A stretch of 64,000 bases of DNA from contig NC_058368.1 in the NCBI RefSeq assembly GCF_018350175.1, positions 142,044,001 to 142,108,000 of the forward strand, written 5' to 3'. The position numbers and the translations under genes are program-made. The notes under the pieces were generated by a model. It worked only from the letters and a program-made list of their open reading frames with translations, was not told the origin of the DNA and did not search any database. This DNA is from Felis catus (taxonomy: Eukaryota). Shown in pieces: positions 1 through 13,012 of this stretch (its first letter is position 1; each line of letters starts with the position of its first letter).

Positions 1-36
1 TAGGATGCTTAACTGACTGAGCCACCTAGGTGCCCC
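1..36 (-). mobile_element. Carnivore SINE head, cut by the window edge
   Basis: cttaactgactgagccacctaggtgcccc. Confidence 0.8.
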
Positions 37-780
37 TAAAGATCACTTTTTTAAAACAGGTAATACAGGATTATAGAGTTCTGCTTCTAGTAATGGCTGA
101 ATAGGCAATATGAAACAAACCCTTCTAGTAAGAACTAGAAAAGCTAGGGTGAAAACATGAAACATATCTGAAGGTACTAACAAGCTAAAAGAAAGGGATG
201 AATTATGTAGGCAAGACCCAGAAGTAGTAAACATAGAAATCCAAATGAGAATTGCAATTGCTTTCCCCTAAAACCATATAAACACATGCTATTACCTAAT
301 AGGAGGCTGAGAGGCCTAGAATCTGAGTAGAGTTTTCAGAAGACTCACAAAAATACAGAAACAAAAACTGGATGTCAAGATCCCCCCAAAAGCAAAGTCC
401 TAATAACTCTCCCAACTCTTTAGTTTAAAAGCCTGAGAGTCTTAAAAATTAATTAATTAATTAAAATAAGCTAAATAAATAAATAAACAAATAAAAGCCT
501 GAGAGTCTTTTAGAGAATAAAGATGCTAAAATTAATGCCCAGTTTTTAATTATTGCAATCCATAACTTAAATGATAAAGTAAATCAGATTGTTGATACCC
601 TTACCCAGTAGTAGTCTGCAAGCAAACCAAAATTCATCATCTAAAGCTTCAAATTAGTTCAACAATTTTCATAAAGTAAAGAAGGAAAAGGAGGAAGGAA
701 GAAAAGACAATGTCATTCAGGGTAAAGATTCTGTTTCCATTTCAAAAGGCAAACATGATATTAAGTAAAAAGTGGGGGGA

Positions 781-995
781 GGGGCGCGCCTCGGTGGCAC
801 AGTCGGTTAAGTGGCCGACTTCGGCTCAGGTCATGATTTCACGGTCCGCGAGTTCAAGCCCTGCGTTGGGCTCTGTGCTGACAGCTCAGAGCCTGGAGCC
901 TATTTCAGATTCTGTGTCTCCCTCTCTCTGACCCTCCCCCATTCATGCTCTGTCTCTCTCTGTCTCAAAAATAAATAAACGCTTAAAAAAAAAAA
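781..995 (+). mobile_element. Felid carnivore SINE
   Basis: tRNA-like head, CT-rich tract, AATAAA, A tail; TSD aaaaagtgggg. Confidence 0.92.
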
Positions 996-1128
996 AAAGT
1001 GGGGAAAGAGGGGCTTCTGAAATACATTTGTAATTTCCATTTCTTAATTTCTTTCTTTATTCCCTGATAAAGCCATTTGCTTCTGCCACATGTACATCAC
1101 ATATTTCTACTTCAATAAAAACTTTTAA

Positions 1129-1328
1129 GGGGCAGCTGGGTGGCTCAGTAGGTTAAATGTTTGACTTAGGCTCAGGTCATGATCTCACAGTTTGTGAGTT
1201 CAATCTACGTAGGACTCTGGGCTGACAGCTCAGAGCCTGAAGCCTGCTTCAGATTCTGTATCTCTCTCTTTCTCTGTCCCTCCCCCACTCGCACTTGGTC
1301 TGTCTCCTAAGTAAACATTAAAAAAATA
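1129..1328 (+). mobile_element. Carnivore SINE
   Basis: gggtggctcagtaggtt head; TSD aaactttta. Confidence 0.9.
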
Positions 1329-1402
1329 CAAACTTTTAAAAATATGCATATAAGAAAAGACACAATGATGTGAATATAAATCAAGAAAAAATATAAAAAC
1401 AG

Positions 1403-1640
1403 AGGAGCACCTGGGTGACTCAGATGGTTGAGCATCTGACTCTTGATTTTGGCTCAGGTCATGATCTCATGGTTCCTGAGTTCGAGCCCCTTGTCGGGCT
1501 CTGTGCTGACAGCACGGAGCCTGCTTGGAATTCTCTGTCTGTGTCTTTTTCTGCCCCATCCCTGCTCACACTTGCATTCCCTCTCTCTTCCTCTCTCTCA
1601 AAATAAATAAAAAATGTTAAAAATAAAATAAAATAAATAA
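1403..1640 (+). mobile_element. Carnivore SINE
   Basis: Head, body and A-rich tail. Confidence 0.9.
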
Positions 1641-1789
1641 ATAACAGAGAAGAGAGAAAACGGAGATAATAGACAAAAATTTAACATGGTTATAAAATAA
1701 CTATGGATAATACGTTCAAGAAATTAAGTGAATAAGACCGAGAGTCTGAAAAGAAATTCAACACAGTTATCTTTTATAGAAAAATGAAA

Positions 1790-2068
1790 TTCACTTTTTA
1801 ATATCATTATGACATAAGGTGTTACAACTTCAGCAACTACTTGTAGAGTTAATACAGCAATCTTTTGAAATCTGACTAACTTTACATTTGTCATAATTTC
1901 AACAGATCAGAAAGAGGAAAATTTGTGCTTAGAGATAACAGCCCAGATAATAAACTTTAAATATTTCCATGCATATTTGAAAGCAGTACTTAGAAATATT
2001 TTATTTTTTAGTATCTATTTTCAATGAAAAAAATCTTTTCAAAAAAAATAGAAGAGTGGCACTGTTTT
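1790..2068. mobile_element. Possible hAT-Charlie1 family fragment
   Basis: aaaaaaaatagaagagtggcactgtttt resembles Charlie1 internal sequence as recalled; no inverted repeats seen. Confidence 0.35.
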
Positions 2069-2069
2069 G

Positions 2070-2990
2070 GTTTTGGGGGGGTATAGCTGAAACACAACAT
2101 CACACTAGTTTCAGGTATGCAATATAGTGATTTGACTATGCTACCCTCGCCACAATTCCAGCTACCATTTGTTACCAATATATCATGATTACAATATCAC
2201 CAACTATATTCCCTATGCTTTGCCTTTTATTTCCAGGACTTATTCATTCCATAACTGGAAACCTCTATCTCATGGTCCTCTTAACCCATTTGGTCCATTT
2301 TGCCTATCTTCCTTCCTCTCTCCTCCCCTCTGGCAACCATCAATTTGTTCTCTGTATTTATAGGCCAGATTCTACTTTTTCTTTGTTTGTTCATCTGTTT
2401 TTTTTAGATTCAAATATGAATGCAATCATATAGTATTTGTCTTTCTCAATCTAATTTCACCTATCATAATAACCTATGGTCCATCCATGTTGTCACAAAT
2501 GAAACGATCTCATCCTTTAAGAGAGTATAGTATTTCTTTTTTTTTTTTTTTTTTTAACGTTTATTTACTACTGAGAGAGAGAGAGAGACAGAGCGTGAGC
2601 AGGAGAGGGGTAGAGAGAGGAGGAGACACAGAAGCCGAAGCAGGCTCCAGGCTCTGAGCCATCAGCACAGAGCCTGACCCGGGGCTTGAACTCACAAACT
2701 GCGAGATCATGACCTGAGCTGAAGTCGGTCACCCAACTGACTGAGCCACCCAGGCGCCCCGAGAGTATAGTATTTCTATGTGTGTGTGTATGTACACACA
2801 CATCCTTGCCCATTCATCTATCAATGAACCCTCAGGTTGCTTCCATGTCTTGGCTATTGTAAACAAAGCTATAACAAACACAGGAGTGCATATAACTTTA
2901 TGTATTACTGTTTTCATTCTCCTTGGGCAAATGCCCCGTAATGGAATTATTTGATCATATGGTATTTCTATTTTTTAATTTTTTAGTCAA
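2070..2990 (-). mobile_element. 5'-truncated carnivore L1 3' end with a nested SINE
   Basis: tagtttcaggtatgcaatatagtgatt, ccctctggcaaccatcaatttgttctc; ORF 2729..2917 reads ICTPVFVIALFTIAKTWKQP. Confidence 0.85.
2538..2760 (-). mobile_element. Felid carnivore SINE inside L1
   Basis: Perfect TSD gagagtatagtatttct at 2521-2537 and 2761-2777. Confidence 0.93.
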
Positions 2991-4379
2991 ATTGTTTAAT
3001 TTTTGTAACTTATTCTTTACCTTCTAATATATTTCTTATCTAAAAACTGACATGAAGCAGTTTATGTAATACATCTATGAATACATTTATGTAATGCATC
3101 TGTGAATTTAGAACTAAGTAGAAAGGCCTCTCCTACATAACTGAGGGGGCTATTATGAAGCCTTTAAAAATTATCCTAAAGTCCTTATTCAGAGTATATT
3201 ATACATATAATGTTAACCATCTTAATAATCTGGTTTTCTGATATACAGATAATTAAAGGTAAAACTTAGAAAGAAAAAAGAAAATATTGTATCTTTCATT
3301 CTCTGTCAAGGAACAGGAAAACAGAAATGTGTTTTTACAAGTGTTTACATCAATATGATTTAAAAAAAGAACATTTATTATATATATTATTTCTACTGAG
3401 CCTGGAGAAATGCATTACCACAATGGGGTTTCTAATGGATAGTAATTAGATTTTATATTGTGGTTTATGTTGGCAATTTTTCAAACCACATGGTCATTGA
3501 GTAATTTCACTTTTACTTGAATAAGTTGCTGAAATGACTTATAAAAAATATAAACATTTAAAAGAAATCTGACTTATATAAAAAAAAAAATCAATGAACC
3601 TTTAAAAACCTGTTCTTTTGCACCTTGGGAAAATGGATGGTTCCAAAGTTGTAGAAAGTAAAAAATAATTTAAACAAACTCCCTGAGGCCAAAGCTGAAA
3701 AATTTGGGCAACAAAATAAATAATAATAGTATTAGCTTATCACCCACAGAATAAAATAAGTATCTCTATGTCCATAGTTATATAAATAAATAACTAAAAA
3801 ATACATGAGAAAGAAAAATCAGGTGTTTTTACAGAAGAACAAATAATGCCTTTGCTAATATCAGGTGAATGTGTACTGGAGACTTGAAATGTTATTTCTA
3901 TAAGAGCACCAAGGTGATGAGCATCTCAAACAACTGACAAAGAATTAAGGATACTTTCCTAAGAAAAACTATTAGGTGACTCAAAAAAAAATAAAAAAGC
4001 CCTAGTTATCAAGAAGCAAATACATAAAATGTATGTAATAAAATTCATAAAATGAGTATTATGAAGCTGTATCTATAAATGAATTCTACATTTTCCTGAG
4101 TTTACAATATGTGTGTGTGTGTGTGTGTATAAAATAAAACTATGTATCACAATAGACTTTCTCTATCTTTCAAAAAAAGTATACATTCAACCTGAACCCT
4201 CGCTCAAAAAAAAAAAAACTTTAACTCTCTTTTAGGAGAGTTAGAAGTGGAAAGGGGGATAAAATTAAAACGAGAGTATGATGACTAGGTGATGCATACA
4301 GGGGTATCCAATGGACTGTTGGCTACCTCTGTGATTCTTAAATTTTTTCATAATTAAAAATTTAAACAGTGAGTTTGAC

Positions 4380-4915
4380 TGCATGATCTACTATAAAGCT
4401 ATAATCAAGTAATATAAAAGTAAAAAGTAACTAAAGCAATCCATTACTAGTGAAATAGACAGATAAACGTGACTCAACAGAGAACATAAAAATAGACCCA
4501 CATGCATGTGGGGTCAACTGATATTTGACAAAGGAGAAAAGTCAATACTATGGGGAAAAAGGTAGTCTATTCAACAAATGTTGCTGGAACAACTGAACAT
4601 TTACATGAAAAAAAAAAAAATGAAGCTAGAACCAGACCTAATACTCCAAAAGCTCATTCAAATAGGTTTACAGGCAATTAGAACAAAAAACTGTAAAATT
4701 CTGAAAGATAACATGCAAACTCTAAATGAACCTGGATACAGTGATGACTTTGAGATAAAACAGTAGAAGAAGTAATTCATGAAGGTGGATTTATTTAAAA
4801 TCAGAAATATATGCTTTGCAAAAGACAATGTCAAGAAAAAGGGAAGACAAATCACAGATCTGGAGAAATACTGGAAAAGACACATCTGATAAAGGGTTGT
4901 TATCCAAAACAGGAA
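4380..4915 (+). mobile_element. Ancient L1M (L1MC-like) ORF2 3' part, left half, interrupted by the younger L1
   Basis: L1 motifs caactgatatttgacaaaggag, ttcaacaaatgttgctggaacaactg, cacatctgataaagggttgttatccaaaa. Confidence 0.75.
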
Positions 4916-5363
4916 AGGCTTTTTTTATTACTGATTTGTACTTAACATACAATACCATATTTTCAGGTGTATGACATAGTGATTCAATATTTTTACACTT
5001 TACAAAATGATCACCTCATACTACACAAACTTATTACAGTAGAACTGACTATAAACTCTAAGCTTATATTACCTCCCCATGACTTACTTATTTTATAATT
5101 AGAAGTCTCTACCTCCTAATACCCTTCACCAATTCTATCCATCCCTGAAACTTGCCTCTCTCTGGCAACCACCAGTTTGTTCTATCTATAAGCCTGTTTG
5201 TTTTGGTTTGTTTGTTTTGGTTTTTATATTGTATATGTAAATGAAATCATACAGTATTTATCTTTCTCTGACTTATTTGAACTCAGCATAATACTCCCTA
5301 GGTACATTCATGTTATCACAAATGGCAAGGTTTCATTTTTTTATTAAGGCTAATTATTTCACT

Positions 5364-5366
<3 letters not shown>

Positions 5367-5448
<82 letters not shown>
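5367..5448 (+). repeat. Compound microsatellite (TG)n(AG)n
   Basis: Directly visible inside the L1. Confidence 0.95.
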
Positions 5449-5451
<3 letters not shown>

Positions 5452-8400
5452 CTTTATCCATTCATCCGCTGATAACACTTTTAGATTGATTCACTTTTAG
5501 ATTACTTATCTGGCTATTGTAAACAATACTACAATGAACTTAGGGGTGCAGATATAACTTTGAATTAGTGTTTTCATTTTCTTTGGATACATTTCTCAGA
5601 AGAGAAACTTGCTTGAACATATGTTGATACTACTTTTAATATTTTGAGGAACCTCTACACTGTTTTCCACAGTGGCTGTACCAATTTACATTCCCATTAA
5701 TAGTACATTAGAGTTTCTTCTTCCGCACTTCCTCACCAACATGTGTTCTTTCTTTCTTTTAGATAATGGCCATTCTGACAGGTGTGAATTGGTATCTCAT
5801 TGTGATTTTGTTTATAATTCCCTGAGGATCAGTGACAGTGAGTATCTTTTCATGTGCCTGTTAGCCATCTGTATCACTCTGGAAAACTCTATTCAGGTCC
5901 TCTGTCAATTTTTTAATTGCATTTTGTTTTACTACTGTTGACATGTATTGAGTTCTTCATATATTTTAGATATCAATATTTTATCAAATATATCATTTGC
6001 AAGTATCTTCTCATTCAGTTATGTTGCCTTTTCTTTTTGTTGATGGTTTCTTTTACTGTCTAAAAGCTTGTTAGTTTGATGTAGTACTTTTTTTTTTTTT
6101 TTTTTTTTTTGCTATTGTTGCCCTTAACTGATGAGACACACATCCCAAAATATGGTTGCATCTGATATCAAACTGCATATGTTTTCTTCTAGGAATTTAA
6201 TGGTTTCAGGTCTTACATTTAAGTCTTTATTCCATTTTGTGCTTATTTTTGTATATGATATAAGAAAGTGACCCAGGTTTTTTTCTTGTTTTTTTTTGTA
6301 GCTGTCCAGTTTTCCCAACACCATTTACTGAAGAGACAGTCTCTTTCCCATTGTAGGTTCTTGCCTCCTTTGTCACGAATTAATAGACCAGGAAAGTGTG
6401 GGTTTATTTCTGGGCTGTATTCTGTATCACTGATCGATGTGTCTGTTTGTGCCAGTACCATACTGTTTTAATTACTATAGCTTGTATAATAGTTTAAAAT
6501 CAGGAACCATGATTCCTCCAGCTTTATTCTACATTCTCAAGATTACTTTGGCTACTCAAGGTTTGTAGAGGTTCCACACAAATTTTAGGATTATTTGTTC
6601 TAGTTCTGTGGGAAATGCCACTGGTATTTTGATAGGAATTGCAATAAATTTGTAGATTGCTTTGGGTAGTTTGGATACTTAACAATATTAATTCTTCCAA
6701 TCCATGAGCAGAGTATATCTTTACATCTATTTGTGCCATATTCAATTTCTTTCACTAATGTCTTAGACTTTGCAGAGTAGAGGTTGTTCAACTCCTTGAT
6801 TAAACTTATTCCCAGGTATTTTATTCTTTTGGATGAATTTGTATATGGGATTGTTGTCTTAATTTCTCTGCTAGCACATTGACAGTGTACAGAAACAACA
6901 GATTTCTATATATTAATTTTGTATCCTGGAAGTTTACTGAATTCATTTATTGCTTCTAACAGTTTTTTGGGAGCCTTTAGGGTTTTCTATCTAATATCAG
7001 GGTCATTAGCAGTACTGACAGTTTTACCTCTTCCTTTCCAATTTGTATGTCTTTTATTTCTTTTTCTTGCCTGATTGCTGTGGCTAGGACTTTCAATACT
7101 ATGATGAATAAAAGTGGCAAGAATGGGCATCTTGCCCTTATCATGGAGGAAAAGCTTTCAGACTTTAACTCTTGAGTGTGATTTTAGCTGTGGATTTGTC
7201 ATTTATGGCCTTTATTATATTGAGGTATGCTCCCTCTATACCCACTTAGTTGAGAGTTTTTATCATAAATTGTTCTCAAATATGTTCAAATGTCTTTTCG
7301 GCATCTGAGACGATCATATGAATTTTAACCTTTGTTTTACCAATGTGGTATGTATCACAATGATTAATTCGTTAAATCATCCTTGCATCCCTAAAATGAA
7401 TCCCACTTGGTCATGGTTTTATGAGCCTTTTATATATTGTTGGAATTTAATTTGCTAATATTTTGTAGACGATTTGTGCATCTACATTCAACACAGACAC
7501 AGCTCCCCCCGCTTTTTTTGTAGTATCTTTGGTTTTGGTATCACAGTAATTCCGGCCTCATTAAATAAATTTGGTAGTTCTCCTTTCTCTTTAGTTTTCT
7601 GGAATAAGTTGAGGAGGACAGGTATTAACTCTCTTTTCAATGTTTGGAAGAATTCACCTGTGACATCTTCTGACCTTCTGGACCTAGACTTTTGTGTGTC
7701 TTTTATTACCAATTCAATTCGTTATTTATGATTGATCTGATTTTTTATCTCTTCATGATTCAAAGATTATTTCTAGGGAAATTCCATTTCTTGTAAGTTG
7801 TCTAATTTGTTGGCATTTTCTCTTGTCATACTTTGTCTATATTTTATAATATTCTCTTGTCATACTTTGTCTATCTGTGGCATACGTTGTAATTTCTCCC
7901 ATTTCTAATTTTGCCTATTTGGGCTCTTTTTTTTTTTTTTTTTTTCTTGATGAGTCTGGCTAAAGTTTGCTGATTTTTGTTTAATTTTTCAAAGAACATG
8001 CTCTTAATGTCATTGATCTTTTCTATTTTTTTAAAGTCTCTGATTTATTTCAGCTCTTCATTATTTCCTTCCATTAACTTTGGATGTTGTTCTTATCTAG
8101 TTCCTTTAAATGCAGAATGTTTGAAATTTCTCTTTTTTCATGAGGTAGGCCTGTATTACCAAGAACATCTCTCCTAGAACTATTTTTGCTTTGTTCCAAA
8201 TATTTTGGAATGCTGAGTTTCCATTTCATTTGTCTCAAGGTATTTTTTTATTTGGTCTTTGAATTTTTCAGTAACCCTCTGGTTGTTTAGTAGCATGCTG
8301 TTTTGTTGCCACATGTTTGTATTTTTCCCAGTTTTCTTCATGTAATTGATTTCTAGTTTCATACCATTGTGGCCAGAAAAGGTGTTTGTTATGATTAAAA

Positions 8401-8829
8401 TCTTAATTTTATGGAGACTTGTTTTGTGGCTTAGTTTTTGATATTAGAGTACTACTACACCAACATTTTTTCATATCAGTTTGCATGGCATGTTTTTCAT
8501 CCTTTCACTTTCAGTCTGTGTATCTTTAGGTCTGAAGTGAGTTTCTTATAAGCAGCACTCAGAAGGGTCATGTGCTTTTATCTGTTCAGCCACACTATGT
8601 CTTTTGAATGGAAAATTTAGTCCATTTACATATAAAGTAATTAGTAACAAGTATGTGCTTATTGCCATTTTGCTAATTGTTTTCTGATTTTGCAGTTCCT
8701 CTCTGTTCCTTTCTTCTCTTTGAGAATTGTTAAATTGATCACTTTCATTAGTGTTAATACTTACATTCTCTTTTTTCATTTGTGTATCTTTAAGTTTTTT
8801 TCTTTGTGGTTACCATGAGATTCCCATAT

Positions 8830-9034
8830 CTTTCTTTTTCTTTCTTTTTTTTTTTTTTTTTTACAGAGGGGAAGGCACAGGGGTAGAGTAAGAAGGAGAG
8901 ATAGAAAGAATCTTAAGCAGGCTCCACACCCAGCATGGAGCCCAATGCAGGGCTCAATCTCACAAGCATGAGATCATGACCTGAGCTGAAATCAGGAGTC
9001 CAAAGTTTAACCTACTGAGCCACCCAGGCACTCC
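8830..9034 (-). mobile_element. Carnivore SINE inside L1
   Basis: ctgagccacccaggcac head; T tail; TSD ttcc(c)atat. Confidence 0.88.
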
Positions 9035-10848
9035 TTCCATATAATAGCTTATGTATGCAAGTCACTTTTGAGAGTAAATTAATATTGAGCACATTCCAGA
9101 GCTTTATATTTTACTACCAGCATTTAAAATTTCTGTTGACACATTTTATATCTTTTTATTTTAGGTATCCCTTAACTAGTTAATGTATCTTTAATTAATT
9201 TTACTACTTTGTCTTTTAACCTTTGCACTTGCTTTGTGTTTGATCCACAACCATTATTATTTATTTTTTCTGGAGAGATTCTTACTTTTGTATATTTTAT
9301 TAGTAATTAGTGCCTTCTCCTTTTACCTCAGAAAAGTTTCTTTAACATTTCTTGTAAGACCAGGTTAGTAGTGATGAACTCCTTTGGCTTTTGCATATTT
9401 GGAAAAGTCTTACTCTATCTTTCAATTGTGAGTGATAACCTTACAGAGTTGAAAACATTCTTGGTTGGCAATTTTTCCCTTTCAGCACTTTGGATATGTC
9501 AAAACTAGTCCCTTCTGGCCTGTAAAGTTTCTAGTGAAAAATCTCCTTATGGCCTTACAGGGTTTCCTTTGTTATAATGTGTTGCTTTTCTCTTGCTGCT
9601 TTTACGGTTTTCTCTTTATCTTTAGTTTTCACCATTTTAATTATGTTTCTCAGTGTGTTCATCTTGTTACTCTCTGGGATTCCTGGACCTAGATGTCTCT
9701 TTCCTTCCCCAGATTAAAGAAGTTCTCAGGCATAATTTCTTCAAATAATTTTTCTGACTCTTTCCCTCTCTTCTCCTTCTGGGACCCCTATAATGAAAAT
9801 GTTACTCTGCATGATGTTTTTAGAGATGTCTCATAGGGTATTTTCACTTCTTTTAATTTTTTTTTTCATTTTGCTGCTTTGGCTGCTGTTTTGCATTGCT
9901 TTGCCTTCTAGCTTGCTGGTCTGTACTTCTCTTTCAACCATTCTGCAGCTGGACCTGTCTAGTGTATTTTTCAGTTAAGTTATAAATTGTTTGGTACTAA
10001 CATTTTCTATCTTGTTGTTGAAGTTCTCACTGTATTTGTCAATTCTTCTCCAGAGAACAGTGAGCACCTTTATCACCACTGCTTTGAATTATTAATCTGG
10101 TAGGTTGCTAATCTCCATATCATTAATGTCTTTTTTCCAGGAATTACCTTGTTTTTGGTTTGAAACATGTTCCTGTTTCTTCATTTTGCCTTCATTTTGC
10201 CATATCTGTTTTTCTATATGTTAGGGGATATGGCTATCTCAGTCTGAGGACTGGTCATGTGTATAAACTGTTCCATGTGGATCACAGGTGTAATCGCCAT
10301 CTGGCGATCAGAGCTAGTCACTCTTATAGGCATCATTTACATAGGCTGCATGTGTCCACTGGCTTTCCACTGATAGGGCTGTGGCTGCTGCACAGGGACG
10401 TCAGTGTTGGAAACACTCACTTGACTTGGGGGTGGCTCAGTCACTGTGTAGGGTGAGCAGAGTTCAAGCTGCTAGATCACCCCAGTTACAACTCAGTCTC
10501 TACTCGAGGTGAGCAAGGCTAATGGCTTTAGTCTGGCCCAGTTTTGGCTGGAATACTGCACATGGAGGGTGGGGGTGAGGATGCTTGCCTGGCACTATTG
10601 CACCTTAGGTGCTAATGGGGTGAGCAGAGTGTGGGGTGCCTGCATAGCCTAGTTACAGCCCAGGGTGGACAGAGCATTCCCTCCAATGGTACCTGAGTAG
10701 AGGGAGAGCACCAAGAACAATGTCCGTCTGCTCTATCACCAGAAAGTTAAGATGAGATTGTAAAAATATTATCCACTAACACTTCCATCCCCAGATCAAA
10801 CCCCTGAATTCCTATCTCTCTGGCAGACACTTTAAAATGAGTAAGTGG

Positions 10849-11066
10849 CAGGGTGGCTCAGTCAGTTAAGTGTCTGACTTTGGCTCAGGTCATGATCTCA
10901 CAGTTCCTGAGTTCAAGCCCCATATCAGGCTCTGTGCTGACAGCTCAAAGCCTGGAGCTCGCTTCAGATTCTGTGTGTGTGTCTCTCTCTCTCTGCCCCT
11001 TTCCCACACCCCCCCCCCCACACTCTGTCTTGAAAATAAATATTAAAAAAAATTTTTTTTTTAAAT
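10849..11066 (+). mobile_element. Carnivore SINE inside the L1 5' region
   Basis: TSD aaaatgagtaagtgg. Confidence 0.9.
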
Positions 11067-11585
11067 AAAATGAGTAAGTGGGTTTCCCTTGTTTATGGTA
11101 TGCACTAGCAAACTGTTGCTTTTGCACTTGATCTCAGGGCAGGTATGGTTTGCAACTGAGCCCTCTAAGAGCAACATCTCTCTTCCCTATAGCTCTTTGA
11201 TCACTACAGTTTTTTTGATTCTTTTGGTCTTAGTCCACATTGATTTTCAAAACCAGATTATTTTGGGAGCTTGTCTTTCTGGTGCCAGCCCCTAGGGATA
11301 GGGTGCCCAAAATGGGATACTCCTCAAGGGAGAATCTCATATATGGGGGACCTTCCTGATTGCGGTGTCACCACATCTGGGACAGGGTCATGGGTGAGGC
11401 CATGTCTTGGCCTTCCTATCCATCTTAATATGTGTCTTTTGTCTTTTGTTGTGGAAGTGTTAGACACCCAGTTCTCATGTTCTTTTCAGAGGAAAATTAT
11501 TCTATTTATAGCTATAAGTTTGCTGTGTCTGTGAGAAGAGCTGAGTTCAGGATCTTCCTGTGCTGCTGCCATCTTCAATCCCCCT

Positions 11586-13012
11586 AAATAAAAAACTCTT
11601 AAAACTCAACAATAAGAGAGCAATCAACTCAAAAAGCAGAAGACCTGAGCAGACAACTCACTAGAGAAGATACATAGATGGAAAATACACATATAAAAAT
11701 AAGTTTAACATGAAATATAATTAGGGAAATGCAAACTGAAACAATAATGAGATAACACTACATTCCTATTAGAATAACCACAATCCAGAACACTGACCAC
11801 AATAAATGTTAATGAGGATGTGGAGCAACAGGAACTCTCAATTCATTGCCAGTGGGGATACAAAATGGTACAGCCATAGTGGTACAGCCACTATCAAAGA
11901 CAATTTGGCAGCTTCTTACAAAATTAAATATATTCCTACCAAAGGATCTAGTAATCAAGATCCTTGCTTGGTTCATATTCGAATGAGTCCACATAAAAAC
12001 TCAAACTCAAATGCGTCCAACATAAAAATCACACACACAAAAAGCTGGTTTATACCAGCTTTATTCATAATAACCAATTCTTACAGCAAACAATCCTTCA
12101 GCAAGTGGGAAGGATGCATACATTGTGGTACATCCAAACAATGGAACATCAGATGGTACTTAAGAGAAATGAGCTATAGAGCCATGAAAAGATGTGGAGA
12201 ATTCTTAAATGAATATTACTAAATGAAAGAAGCCAATCTAGAAAGGCTACACAGTGTATGATTCTAACTATATGACATTCAGGAAAAGCAAAAGTATGGA
12301 GATAGTAAAAATTATTGATTGCCGCGTTGGCAGAGGGGAGAGGGACAACTAGGCAGAGGACAGGATTTTTAGGGCAGTGAAACTATTTGCTATAATACTA
12401 CAATGGTGGAGTCATGTTATACAGAAAATGCAACACCAACAGTCAAAACTAATGTAAACTATAGACTTTGTTTGATAATTGATGTATTAATATACATTCA
12501 CTAACTGTAATAAATGTACCACCATGGTACAGAATGCTGATAATGGGAAAGGTTGAGTGTATAAAGAAAAAAGGAGTACAAATGACCCTTGAACAACACA
12601 AAGGCTGGGGCACTGAACCCCCACACAGTTAAAAATTCCAAGTTTAGCTTATGATTCCCCCAAACCTTAATGACTAATTGCCTACTACTAATCAGAAGCC
12701 TCATCAATAACATAAAGTCAATTAACACATATTTTGTACATTATATTGCATTATATACTGTATTCTTACAATAAAGTAAGTTAGAGAAAAGAAAATGTTA
12801 TTAAGAAAATCTTAAGGAAGACAAAATACATTAACAATATTGTAATTACCAAAACAAACAAACAAACAAACAAAAAAATACATGTACGTAGAACCACGCA
12901 GTTCAAACCTGTATTTATCAAGGGTCAACTATATTTGGGAACTCTCTGCATTTTCTGCCCTCTTTTGTTACGAACCTAAAACTGGTCTAAAGAATCGAGG
13001 GTAATTTAAAAA
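11586..13012 (+). mobile_element. Ancient L1M (L1MC-like) right half and 3' UTR
   Basis: Resumes at actcttaaaactcaacaataag; ends with ggaactctctgcattttctgccc...gaacctaaaactggtctaaag. Confidence 0.8.
12579..12931 (+). mobile_element. Tigger2-family (MER28/Tigger2a-like) non-autonomous DNA transposon
   Basis: Terminal inverted repeats caaatgacccttgaacaacac / gtatttatcaagggtcaact; TA on both sides (12577-12578, 12932-12933). Confidence 0.85.

Larger units (their letters stand above)
4921..11583 (-). mobile_element. Near-full-length decayed carnivore LINE-1, same orientation as AP3B1
   Basis: 3' end/T-tract at 4921. ORF2 remnants in the ORF track: ITLYVNGLNFPFKRH (endonuclease start, ATG at 8668), [48 protein letters not shown]1-like and 5'UTR-like sequence to ~11580; many stops and frameshifts. 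Confidence 0.9.

Noticed and set aside
11806..12222. 138-aa plus-strand ORF
   Set aside because: Lies in a decayed L1 3' region; chance open frame.
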